Part shown: piece by piece, positions 29,996 through 40,700 of the stretch | How the letters are laid out: every line of letters starts with the position of its first letter | Numbering within the stretch: the stretch's first letter is position 1 | Notes under the pieces: generated by a model | Told to the model about the DNA's origin: nothing | What the model saw: only the letters and a program-made list of their open reading frames with translations | Database searches by the model: none | Translations under genes and position numbers: made by a program | From: an uncultured Bordetella sp. | GTDB taxonomy: Bacteria > Pseudomonadota > Gammaproteobacteria > Burkholderiales > SG8-39 | Direction: 5' to 3' | Length of the DNA stretch: 64,000 bases | Assembly: GCA_964564865.1 (NCBI GenBank) | Contig: CAZMDA010000004.1 | Location: 7,895-71,894, forward strand

Positions 29996-30669
29996 TCCTG
30001 CTGGCGTGGCGCGTGCATCCGCGCCATCCGCTGGTGGTCGCCGCGAATCGCGACGAGTTTCATGCCCGCAGCGCAGACCGTGCGGGATTCTGGCGCGAGG
30101 CGCCGGACATCCTCGCGGGGCGGGACCTCGAGGCCGGCGGCACCTGGATGGGGGTATCGCGCGACCGGCGGTTCGCCGCAGTGACCAACTACCGTGGCGG
30201 GCGCGACGCCAATGCCGTCGAGTCCCGGGGTGCGCTGGTGACGCGCTTCCTGGCCGGCAGCGCCTCGCCGGCGGATTATGTCGCGTCCCTGGCCGGAAAG
30301 CTGGGCGACTACAGCGGATTCAACCTGCTTTTGTGCGACGGCAACGAACTCTGGTGGCTGTCCAACCGGGACGGCGGCTCGCGCCGGCTGGAGCCGGGGC
30401 TCTACGGCCTGGGCAATTTTCTGCTGGACACGCCGGAGGTGGACGAGCCCAAGGCGCGCTTCTCGCGGGCCCTGGAGCCCGCGGTCGCGATCGAGCCGCT
30501 GTTCGCCGTGCTTGCCGGGTCGCAGATCGTCGCGCCGCAGCACGGGACGCGGTGCTCGACGGTCCTGGTCTCTAGCGAGGACGGCACGATGGCCTACGCG
30601 GAGCGCGCGTTCGACGCGGCAGGCGCCGCGGAAGAAACGGTCCGCTACGAGTTCAGGCCGCGGGCTTGA
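29986..30669 (+). CDS. NRDE-family (DUF833/TANGO2-like) protein
   Basis: MCLILLAW...VVAANRDEF contains the N-terminal Cys and the eponymous NRDE motif. Start at ATG 29986 within ORF 29584..30669. Confidence 0.75.
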   Translation: MCLILLAWRVHPRHPLVVAANRDEFHARSADRAGFWREAPDILAGRDLEAGGTWMGVSRDRRFAAVTNYRGGRDANAVESRGALVTRFLAGSASPADYVASLAGKLGDYSGFNLLLCDGNELWWLSNRDGGSRRLEPGLYGLGNFLLDTPEVDEPKARFSRALEPAVAIEPLFAVLAGSQIVAPQHGTRCSTVLVSSEDGTMAYAERAFDAAGAAEETVRYEFRPRA

Positions 30670-31093
30670 CCGGCCCCAGCACGCGGCGCATGGCCTGGTG
30701 CAGGATGCCGGCTTCCTGATACACCTTGCCTTCGGCGACGAACCCATGGCTGCGGTAGAACTCCGCCGCCTGCAATTGCGCCGACAGCACCACCTCGGCA
30801 TGGCCTCGGCGCGCGGCCTCGGCCACCAGCGCCTCCAGGATCTCGGCCCCCACGCCCTGCCGGCGCCATTCCTTCACCACCGCCATGCGCCCGATGTGGC
30901 CGTCCGGGAGCAGGCGGCCGGTGCCGATGGCCTTGCCATCGGGGTCGAAGGCGATCGCATGCAGGCACTTCGCGTCGAGCTCGTCGAGCTCGATCCCCGG
31001 CGGCACGTTCTGCTCGCCCACGAAGATGGCGAAGCGGATCGGGCCGGCGATCGGCTGCGCCTTGTCCCATTCCATCAGTTCGATCCGGAACAT
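30653..31093 (-). CDS. GNAT-family N-acetyltransferase
   Basis: WRRQGVGAEILEALV is an acetyl-CoA-binding (Q/R-x-x-G-x-G/A) motif. Start trimmed to ATG 31093, because the 31153 start would overlap the divergent gene. Confidence 0.8.
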   Translation of the reverse strand: MFRIELMEWDKAQPIAGPIRFAIFVGEQNVPPGIELDELDAKCLHAIAFDPDGKAIGTGRLLPDGHIGRMAVVKEWRRQGVGAEILEALVAEAARRGHAEVVLSAQLQAAEFYRSHGFVAEGKVYQEAGILHQAMRRVLGPVKPAA

Positions 31094-31117
31094 GAACCGA
31101 AAGTATAATCCGCGCCC

Positions 31118-33088
31118 ATGAAAAGCCTGTGGCAGGACGCCGAGGCGGCGCAATTCGAAGGGCCGCTCGGCCTGCGGGTGTACACCTCGCGCCTGCTGGG
31201 CCGGGACAAGTCACTGGTGCTCCACGGCGGCGGCAATACCTCGGTCAAGATCCGGGAGAAGAACCTCTTCGGCGAGGACGAGGACGTCCTGTACGTCAAG
31301 GGCAGCGGCTGGGACCTGGAGACCATCGAGCCGGCCGGGTTCGCGCCGGTGCAGCTGGACTACCTGCGGCGCCTGGCGACCCTGCCCGCCCTGTCCGACC
31401 CGCAGATGGTCAACGAACTGGCCACCCACACGCTGCGAGCCGGCGCCCCCGCGCCGTCGGTGGAAACCATCCTGCACGCGAGCCTGCCGCACAAGTACGT
31501 GGACCATACGCACGCCGACGCCGTGTTGTCGGTGTCGAACGCGCCGGACGGCGACAAGCGCATCCGCGACATCTACGGCGACAAGGTCGTGGTCATCCCG
31601 TACATCATGGCCGGCTTCGACCTGGCGGCCTACTGCGCGCGGGAGTTCCCGAAGCAAAGGACGCGGAACACGGTCGGCATGGTCCTGTTGTCGCACGGCG
31701 TGTTCTCCTTTGCCGAGGACGCCCGTGAATCCTACGAGCTGATGATCGAGCTGGTGTCCATGGCCGAGCGCTACCTCACGGCGCAGAAGGCCTGGAACGT
31801 GGCGCTGCCGCCCGCGGTGCCGTCGCCGTTCCGGCGCGAGGAGGCGGCGAAGCTGCGCAGCGACGCGTCGAAGGCCGCCGGGTTCCCCCTGCTGTGCCGG
31901 TGCAACGACGCGCCGAACTTCCTGGGCTTCGCGCGCCATCCGGAGGTCGCGCGCATTTCCCAGAGCGGCCCCGCGACCCCGGACCACGTCATCCGCACCA
32001 AGCCCGTTCCGATGCTCGGGCGGGACGTCGGGGCCTTCGGCGCCGCCTACCGCGAGTACTTCGAGCGCAACGCGAAGACGGCCAGGGAAAGGAAGACCAT
32101 GCTCGACCCGGCTCCGCGCATGGCGCTTGACCCGGAACTGGGGCTGGCCGCGTTCGGCCGCACGGCAAAGGATGTCGGCATCGTCGAGGACCTCTACGAG
32201 CACACCATCGAGGTGATCCTGCGCGCGGAAGCGCTGGGCGGCTGGAAGGCGCTCGAGGACCGCCACACCTTCGACATCGAGTACTGGGACCTGGAGCAGG
32301 CGAAGCTGAAGAAGGCCGGCGCCCCGCCCGCCTTCGCGGGCGAGGTGGCGATCGTCACTGGCGCCGCCTCCGGGATCGGCAAGGCCTGCGCCGAGGCGCT
32401 GCTGCGCCGGGGCGCGGCGGTGGTCGGCCTGGACCGCAACCCGGCGATCACGGGCCTCTGGAAGCGGCCGGATTTCCTCGGCCTCGCCTGCGATCTCACC
32501 GACGCGAAGGCGGTGCATGCGGCGCTGGATGCGGCAGTCAAGCGCTTCGGCGGCGCCGACATGCTGGTGCTGAACGCCGGCATCTTCCCGGCCTCGCAGC
32601 CGGTGCAGGGTATCGAGCCGGACATGTGGAAGCGCGCCATGACGGTCAACGTCGAGGCGAACCTGGTCGTGATGCAGGCCTGCCATGCGCTGCTCAAGCT
32701 GGCGCCGCGCGGGGGGCGCATCGTGGTCATCGGCTCCAAGAACGTGCCGGCGCCCGGGCCGGGTGCGGGCGCCTATTCCGCATCGAAGGCGGCGATGAAC
32801 CAGCTGGCGCGCGTCGCCGCGCTCGAGTGGGGCAAGGACGGGATCCGGATCAACACCATCCACCCCAACCAGGTGTTCGATACCGGCCTGTGGACCGAGG
32901 AAGTGCTCGCGTCTCGCGCCAAGGCCTACGGCATGACGGTCGAGCAGTACCGGAAGAACAACCTGCTGAAGACCGAGGTGACTTCGCGCGATGTCGCGGA
33001 GCTCGCCGCCGAGATGTGCGGCCCGCTGTTCTCGAAGACCACCGCGTCGCAGGTGCCGGTGGACGGCGGCAACGAGCGCGTGGTCTAG
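31118..33088 (+). CDS. bifunctional class II aldolase/adducin-domain + short-chain dehydrogenase protein
   Basis: 656 aa. N-terminal aldolase-like half (LHGGGNTS...HTHAD) and C-terminal SDR (TGAASGIG, YSASKAA). Confidence 0.85.
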   Translation: MKSLWQDAEAAQFEGPLGLRVYTSRLLGRDKSLVLHGGGNTSVKIREKNLFGEDEDVLYVKGSGWDLETIEPAGFAPVQLDYLRRLATLPALSDPQMVNELATHTLRAGAPAPSVETILHASLPHKYVDHTHADAVLSVSNAPDGDKRIRDIYGDKVVVIPYIMAGFDLAAYCAREFPKQRTRNTVGMVLLSHGVFSFAEDARESYELMIELVSMAERYLTAQKAWNVALPPAVPSPFRREEAAKLRSDASKAAGFPLLCRCNDAPNFLGFARHPEVARISQSGPATPDHVIRTKPVPMLGRDVGAFGAAYREYFERNAKTARERKTMLDPAPRMALDPELGLAAFGRTAKDVGIVEDLYEHTIEVILRAEALGGWKALEDRHTFDIEYWDLEQAKLKKAGAPPAFAGEVAIVTGAASGIGKACAEALLRRGAAVVGLDRNPAITGLWKRPDFLGLACDLTDAKAVHAALDAAVKRFGGADMLVLNAGIFPASQPVQGIEPDMWKRAMTVNVEANLVVMQACHALLKLAPRGGRIVVIGSKNVPAPGPGAGAYSASKAAMNQLARVAALEWGKDGIRINTIHPNQVFDTGLWTEEVLASRAKAYGMTVEQYRKNNLLKTEVTSRDVAELAAEMCGPLFSKTTASQVPVDGGNERVV

Positions 33089-34048
33089 GTGGCGGTCGAG
33101 CCGATCCGCTGGCGGGGCGACCGGCTGGACCTGCTCGACCAGCGCCTGCTGCCGGGCGAAACGACCTACCTTTCCTGCCGCAGCGCTGCCGAGGTTGCCA
33201 ACGCCATCCGCGACATGGTGGTGCGCGGGGCGCCGGCGATCGGTTGCGCCGCCGCGTTTGGCGTCGTCCTGGGCGGCGGCACCGCCGAGGCGTATGCCCT
33301 GCTCGCCGCCAGCCGGCCCACGGCGGTCAACCTGTTCTGGGCGTTGGAACGCATGCGGCGCGCCGGCGGCGCCGAATCAGAGGCGCGCGCGATCTACGAC
33401 GAGGACATCGCCGCCAACCGGGCCATGGGCGCGCATGGCGCCTCGCTGATCCCGCAGGGAGCGCGGATCCTGACCTACTGCAATACCGGTGCGCTGGCGA
33501 CCGCCGGGCATGGCACCGCGCTGGGCGTGGTGCGCTCGGCGAGGGACAAGGGCGTCTCGGTGATCGCGTGCGAGACGCGGCCCTACCTGCAGGGCGCGCG
33601 GCTCACCGCCTGGGAATGCGTGCAGGAAGGCATCCCCTGCACCCTGATCACCGACAACATGGCCGGCCACCTGATGAGCCGGGGCGAAGTGGACCTGGTG
33701 ATCGTCGGCGCGGACCGGATCGCCGCCAATGGCGATGCGGCCAACAAGATCGGCACCTACCCGCTCTCGGTCCTCGCGCGGCGCCACGCCCTGCCCTTCT
33801 ACGTTGCCGCGCCGCTCTCGACCTTCGACTTCTCGATCGCCGACGGCACGGCCATCGAGATCGAGGAGCGGCCGGCGGCCGAGGTCACGGGTTATCGGGG
33901 CGTGCGCTGGGCGCCGGAAGGCGTGCGCGTGCGCAATCCGGCGTTCGACGTCACGCCGGCGGAGCTGATTACCGCGCTGATTTGCGAAAAAGGCGTCATC
34001 GCCGGGCCGAACCGCGAGCGGCTGGCCCGGCTGGCGCTGCCGGGCTAG
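33089..34048 (+). CDS. mtnA: S-methyl-5-thioribose-1-phosphate isomerase
   Basis: eIF-2B-like family; LLDQRLLP, RGAPAIG, GADRIAANGDAANKIGTY. GTG start directly after the upstream stop. Confidence 0.88.
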   Translation: MAVEPIRWRGDRLDLLDQRLLPGETTYLSCRSAAEVANAIRDMVVRGAPAIGCAAAFGVVLGGGTAEAYALLAASRPTAVNLFWALERMRRAGGAESEARAIYDEDIAANRAMGAHGASLIPQGARILTYCNTGALATAGHGTALGVVRSARDKGVSVIACETRPYLQGARLTAWECVQEGIPCTLITDNMAGHLMSRGEVDLVIVGADRIAANGDAANKIGTYPLSVLARRHALPFYVAAPLSTFDFSIADGTAIEIEERPAAEVTGYRGVRWAPEGVRVRNPAFDVTPAELITALICEKGVIAGPNRERLARLALPG

Positions 34049-34512
34049 AGCCGCCCGGCCAGCCGGACGAAGTCCAGGGCCGCGACCGGCGCCATCGGCT
34101 CGGCGTCCGCGCCCTGCCTCGAGGGCTGCGTCGCGAACACCACCGAGACGCCCTCGTTGCGGTTCGTCGCGCGGCTGCGCAGGTCTTTCCAGCGCCCGCC
34201 GATGACGTTGCCCTGCAGGTCGCGGATCACAGACCCGCTGCGGGTCTGTTCCTCGTAGCCCACGATCTTGCCGTCCAGGTTGCGCCAGGGCGTGAAGAGC
34301 GCGATCCGCGTCAGTTCCTCGCCGGTGCCGCGGTACTGGAGGATCTCCTTCTGCCCCACCACGTGGCCTTCCGGATTGTGGATCGGCGCGCGCTCCATGG
34401 CGCGGTAGTCGGACAGCAGCGAGCATCCGCCGGCGGCGAAGCCGAGTGCGACGACCAGAGCTGCCTTGCCGACCGCCTTCAGTGCCTTGTTCCTGCTTTG
34501 CATCGTTTTCAT
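34045..34512 (-). CDS. putative lipoprotein
   Basis: 155 aa from ATG 34512, preceded by AGGAGG. Signal peptide ending in the lipobox-like FAAGGC. Confidence 0.6.
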   Translation of the reverse strand: MKTMQSRNKALKAVGKAALVVALGFAAGGCSLLSDYRAMERAPIHNPEGHVVGQKEILQYRGTGEELTRIALFTPWRNLDGKIVGYEEQTRSGSVIRDLQGNVIGGRWKDLRSRATNRNEGVSVVFATQPSRQGADAEPMAPVAALDFVRLAGRL

Positions 34513-34708
34513 GACAACCTCCTGTGGTTCGGACGGCTTGTTCTTGTATCCACCGCAGCCGTCTCGTTCCTTCCTGCGGGTCAAACCTTACACCTGATTC
34601 GCATCCTCCGCTAATTGTCCAGCCGGGGGTATGACGGAAGTCACACTAAGCCCTTGATTCGGGTGCATTTCGTGAGGAAATACCGGAGCTTGGCGTCGCT
34701 TCCTGGCG

Positions 34709-35640
<932 letters not shown>

Positions 35641-36465
35641 TCAGTCCCGGGAGGCGCTCCAGCGCAGCGCGCGAATCTCCTGCCCCTCCGAATCGCCCGT
35701 CATCCGCCCGCCCTCGATCGTTCCCCGGAAATGCCGTGCCCCGCCATCGGCGTCGAACGACGTGAACTGGATCTCCGTACCCCGAAGCCGCGCGCCGACG
35801 ACGTTCACCGGCTTGCCCGCCCGTTCGCCCCGGATGGTGAGGACCTGGTGAACCTGCTCGATGCGGATGCGCAGCCCGTTGCCGGGAACGTCCACCGACC
35901 AATTGCCCCGGACATCGGCCGGCACAACCCACAGGTATCCGGTGCGACCCTCGGTCCGGATGACCTCGTCCGGCTCCCAGTCGCCGAGCGTGAAATGATG
36001 CGATACCACCCGCGTGCCCGGCCGCAGCGCCAGCAGGCGCGGCTGCAGCTTCGCCATGACACCGGGGCTGATATAGAGCGCGACCACGGTAGCCTGCGCG
36101 AGGTCCGCTTCGAACAGGTCCTGCCGGAGGAACCGCGCGAGGTGCGAAACGCCCTGCGCCTTCGCCGCAGCCTCGGAGATCCGGATCAGGTTCTCCTCCA
36201 GCTCCACGCCGATGGCACGGGCGCCGAAATGCCGGGCGGCATGGATCGGGATGCGGCCGTCCCCGGAACCGAGGTCGATGACGAGGTCCCGGGGCGTCAC
36301 GTCCGCCAGCTGCAGCAGGCGGCGGATCATGCGCTCGGGCGTGGGCACCCAGACCGAGTCCTTGCTGACCTGGCCGATCTGCGGCGCGCCCTGGGCCAGC
36401 GCCGGCGCGGCAGGCGCAAGCAACGCCAGCGCCGCGGCCAGCGCAAGTGTGCGGGCTACTCCCAC
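35641..36465 (-). CDS. class I SAM-dependent methyltransferase with signal peptide
   Basis: VIDLGSGDGRI motif I, GVELEENL motif II-like; N-terminal LALAAALALLAPAAPALA. This is the last core-like gene before the compositional change. Confidence 0.8.
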   Translation of the reverse strand: MGVARTLALAAALALLAPAAPALAQGAPQIGQVSKDSVWVPTPERMIRRLLQLADVTPRDLVIDLGSGDGRIPIHAARHFGARAIGVELEENLIRISEAAAKAQGVSHLARFLRQDLFEADLAQATVVALYISPGVMAKLQPRLLALRPGTRVVSHHFTLGDWEPDEVIRTEGRTGYLWVVPADVRGNWSVDVPGNGLRIRIEQVHQVLTIRGERAGKPVNVVGARLRGTEIQFTSFDADGGARHFRGTIEGGRMTGDSEGQEIRALRWSASRD

Positions 36466-36586
36466 TCAATCATCACCGGCTTCGGTAAGCCGTTGTTTGG
36501 CCTGGGAGCACTCATCCATGAGCCGAACTTTTACCGACAGAATTACCGTCATTTTGACAGGCATCCCCCATCGCGGCTTTCATCAT

Positions 36587-36656
36587 CTATCGAGATGTAT
36601 CGAGAACAATCGGCGCTTCCACAATGGCCAGCTTTCGAGATGTATCGAGATCTATC
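36587..36656. repeat. iteron-like short direct repeats (TATCGAGA units)
   Basis: TCGAGATGTATCGAGA occurs twice (36590-36605 and 36635-36650). Each copy is a pair of (T/A)TCGAGA units 10 bp apart, and a partial TATCGC follows at 36653. Confidence 0.85.
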
Positions 36657-36813
36657 GCTTCTCTGCATGCGAATTTCCGAGTGCAAGAAGCTACTCTCTT
36701 GTTCGGGATGGGACCAAAAAAGACGCCAGCATCAAATGCCTTAACGTGCTGTCGCATCGAATGTTCGCGGCGATTTTTTTACCGTCACGACGCTTCCGCA
36801 CGGTCCCGGCGAA

Positions 36814-37134
36814 TCAGTGCGCATCGACAGTCTGCTCCGCTGTTTCCTTCCATGGCTTGATCTTCGCGAGTGCCCTCGCAAGGTTCGCTTTCGCAACCTC
36901 GGTATCGTAGTCCGCCTGCAAACGAAGCCACCAGCCGTCCGAGAGTCCGAAGAAGCGGCACAGCCGCAGATCGGTGTCCGCGGTAATCGCGCGCTTGCCG
37001 GCGAGGATCTCGCCGATGCGCTGTGCAGGCACGCCGATTTCCTTCGCCAGCCGGTAGTTGCTCATGCCGAGCGGCTTGAGGAATTCCTCGGCCAGCATTT
37101 CGCCGGGCGACACGGGTTTGAGTTTCCTGCTCAT
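36814..37134 (-). CDS. higA: HigA-family antitoxin (XRE HTH)
   Basis: 106 aa from ATG 37134; MSNYRLAKEIGVPAQRIGEILAGKRAIT HTH. Lies downstream of higB (toxin-first order). The 298-aa ORF-track product is an over-extension. Confidence 0.85.
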   Translation of the reverse strand: MSRKLKPVSPGEMLAEEFLKPLGMSNYRLAKEIGVPAQRIGEILAGKRAITADTDLRLCRFFGLSDGWWLRLQADYDTEVAKANLARALAKIKPWKETAEQTVDAH

Positions 37135-37145
37135 GTCGATCTCCG

Positions 37146-37463
37146 TCAGTGATAGTCCACGATCTCGACGTCTTCGGCATCGCTTCCTGTCCAGCGAAAG
37201 CAAATGCGGAACTGATCGTTCACGCGAATGCTCCACTGGCCTGCGCGATCGCCTTTCAGCTGCTCCAGCCGGTTCGCCGGTGGGGCGCGCAGGTCCTCGA
37301 TACGCCGTGCCAGGTCGATCTGCTTCAACTTGCGCAGCGCCGGGCGCTCGATATTGGTGAAGCGCGCTACGCGACGCAGACCGAACAAAGCCTCCGTGTC
37401 GGCACACTTGAACGTCTTGATCGCCACCCGAAGGATAGTAACGCAATGCGTGATTAACGTCAA
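37146..37463 (-). CDS. higB: HigB-family (RelE-fold) toxin
   Basis: IKTFKCADTEALF...RAGQWSIRVNDQFRICFRW...VEIVDYH is the typical plasmid-maintenance killer HigB pattern. The true start may be the internal GTG near 37427. Confidence 0.85.
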   Translation of the reverse strand: MTLITHCVTILRVAIKTFKCADTEALFGLRRVARFTNIERPALRKLKQIDLARRIEDLRAPPANRLEQLKGDRAGQWSIRVNDQFRICFRWTGSDAEDVEIVDYH

Positions 37464-37782
37464 ACATGACTACTGATGCCCTGCTCCGCGACCCATAAAT
37501 GGACGTTCGCGCCGCGCTTCGTTTGGCACGCCTTCGGCTGTAATCGCTGCCGAGGATGGGTCTCATGAGCCCGAAGGGGAAGCTGGTCGCGTTCGGGGGG
37601 GCAAGCGCGCGAACGATAACGCCGGGAGCGTTATCGTGCCGATCGACGTTACCGACGCCAACCCGAGCAGCCCCATATTCGATGAAAACCCAATATTTGC
37701 TGTTCAGCAAAGATGGGCTTGAATCCCGCTTGGCGACACTCCGGCGTGCATTAACTTGACGAGAATGGTGTGTGTAAAGCCG

Positions 37783-40700
37783 TCAGGGCATTTCCATGCG
37801 ACGAAATCGGCGAAGATCGAACACGAGCTCGTTCGCCAACTCAGGGGGAAGCGGCACGCGATTGGCCAAAGCTTCCGAGGTGGCCTCGTCGAACTCAAAT
37901 TTTTGCCCCATGACGATCTGGAACCAGCGTTCCCTGTCCTGGACGACTCGAAACATTTTCTCGTCGGCGCTGCCGCCGAGGTACGGTTCGTAGACGACGA
38001 TCGGCCGTCGTGCAATCTCTGCCTTGCATCGAATTCTGTCGAGACGCCCGGTCCTCTGCTCGAGAGTGCTTGGATTCCAGCACAGGTCGTGGTGGATTAC
38101 GTAGCGGCAGAAGCGGTGTAGATCGACACCTTCGCCAAGAACGGCGCTACTGATAAGAATCTCCGGAAACATTGGGCTGTTGAAGGTAAGCATTAGTCGC
38201 TCGCGCACGTCCCGTTTCGTGTCCCCGAACACCATTCGCACCGGTTGTAACACGCGATAAGATCCCTCGCTCGTAGCAGCACGGACCGCGTCATCGTCGT
38301 CGAGAGCCATCCGACGCGGGGACACGTACACAGCAACAGCCTCAAGGTACTCGGTCAATGGGTCGCGCGCCTCGCCTCCGTCCTCGGCAGGCGGTGTTAC
38401 GCCCCGTTCCGCGAGCTCTTTGGCGAACCGAAGAAATTCTTCTATCCGTGCGCCCATGGTCATCGAGGAGGCATCTGCGCGCTCAGCGAGTGCGCGCGCC
38501 AGTGCTGCGGCACCTGCTCTCGCGACGCGAGCCTGAGTCGATCCGTCCACGAGTGCGTCGCGAACCTCCGCAATGTCAAAGGGGATGTATCTTGCGATGA
38601 AGGAGGGCGAACGGACATATCCGGCGAGCAGTCCTGTGAGTTCCTCCGCTCGCGGGCGCAATACGGCGAATTCGTCGGCCTCCAGGGGTTTGTGCAACAT
38701 TGCAGTCAAGGTGCGATGAAATGGACTGTCTTCGTCCGCAAGGCGCCGAGCCACACGCTCAAACAAATCTCGCAGCCGGCCAGCGTTTCTCTCTGGGTCC
38801 AACCCGAGCTTACGCGCCGCAAGTGCCAAGGTGGCCTTTTCGATTTCACGGCCGATGTGGTCCCGCAGTGATCTCGCAGTTTCGCGATAAAAGCAAAAGA
38901 GCAGCACCTTCTCCCCTGCAGACCATAGGCTGACAGCACGGCGGACGACCGCCTGGATCTTCGGGTGTCCGTAGCGCTCGTTCTCATGCGCGCTCTTGGA
39001 TGGAATGAGCGCACCGACCTGCTCCTCGTACCACGAGATGGGAACTAGGCTCGAATCCCGCTCTGCTTCTTCCGCCTTCGCGGAACGCTCGATGCCTTCG
39101 TCATCGACATCGCGAATGTCCCCGCGGCCATCGCGCGTGTGGTGGAAGGCCTCATAACTCGAGCACAGACCCTCGGCAAAAAACGCCCTTCCCTTGCTCG
39201 ATCCTTGTGCCAGTTCCCCCTGTGCCCGGGCTGCGAGAAGAAAAGGCAGAGACGCACCTCCGCCGATGGAAAGTCCAATGGTTGCGACCGCGACACCCGA
39301 TTCGCCACTCGTTTCTGCGTCGTCGTCGACCACTGCCCGGCCCGGGCAAAGGAGCCGCCTGGAGACCGCCGGGGAACTGGAGGAAGCGGGTAGGAACGCC
39401 GGGCGATTGTGGCGGATGACCCATGTGCGTAGCGAGTTCCAAGGTCTTGCTGCATCCCTCTCAGCGCGTGCTTTGGTGACACGGCACTCATTAATGGCGG
39501 CTAGAAGCTCGCGGTCCAGCGGGTCCTCGCTAGGGACAGCCTGGACAGCCTTCCACCACCTGGCCGCCGCTTGCCCCAAGTCTTCGCCGGAGGAATGTCG
39601 GCTCACCGCTTCGCGCGCCGCTCTCCCCCACAGCCGGTCCAGGCGACGAGCGGCGAGTCGATTCTCGTTGAGTCGCTTTTCCAAGTCATCAATGGACTGC
39701 AGGAAATCCTCACGTGAGCTATCGGGCGCGTTCTTCCCGCTCCACTTCGCCGCCGCGAACGATCGGAGCACCCGGATCAATTCGTGGTGACCTAGCTGAA
39801 ACGGCGTCGCCGTCAGAAACAACATTCGATCGAACTTCTCCCAGAGAAGAGGTTTGCCCGTCTCCAGCCTTCCCTCCATCAGGAGCTGGGTCTCGTCGGA
39901 ACGGAGAAGGCTCGCAAGCCGTGTGTTGTCGTTCTTCGCGTGATGCGCTTCATCCAGCACGAACAGCGGCGCTCGCCACTGCACGCGAGACAGCCAGTCC
40001 CAGTACACCTGCTGGCAGGCCGCGTTGAAATCCCACCGGGCCTCTTGCAAGCGCCTGTCAGAAACCATGCCCCGCCGGCCCGGGATCGCCTCACCTCGCA
40101 GGACAGCGATCAAGGGCGTCCAGTCAATAGCGCGCTGGTGCTGCAACAGGTGCTGAGGAATGGGATCGTCGTCGTCCTCCTCGATAATCTGCTCACGAAT
40201 CAGGATGCTGTGCCATTTGCCCAGGTCTGACTGGAGAAGGTTCTCGACTATTTCCGGTGTGAGGTAGCGTTTGCGTTTCAGTCGAACAAGCGTCGTCGCC
40301 CACTTGTAAAGCCGCTTTTTGGTTTCGTCGTCCATGCGCGTCCGGCTTCGGGCTAGGCGAACGAGCGCGAGCTTGGTCCATGGGTCGGACAAGCCCCTGT
40401 CAAAGCATGCGGTCGTCATCCAGACGATATGTGGTCGGCGATTCCTAGGATCGTCGAGCACCTTGAAGAAATCCGTCGGTGCGTGCACGTAGATGTCGCG
40501 GACCCACCCGAGTGCATCGGGACGCACGCAGATCGCCTTGAACTGGTCCCACTCGCGTGGCCACTTGCTCGCAAGTCCTGGAGGCATCATTACGACGACC
40601 GGTCGCCCTGAGCTGCGGTTGGCCAATACAACCGAGGCAATTACGGCCAAGGCGACGTATGTTTTGCCCATCCCCACTTCGTCTGCCAGCACGACACCGG

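Noticed and set aside
36466-36813. Attachment site formed by a duplicated tRNA 3' end at the island boundary.
   Set aside because: I compared the 3' halves of tRNA-Gly, tRNA-Cys and tRNA-Leu from this window with the boundary region by eye and found no match. The att site cannot be defined from this window.
37614-37636. Hairpin CGATAACGC-CGGGA-GCGTTATCG between the SNF2 gene stop and higB.
   Set aside because: It is a perfect 9-bp stem, but it has no T-tract on the transcribed strand and sits about 150 nt from either gene. I cannot assign it as a terminator or an operator.
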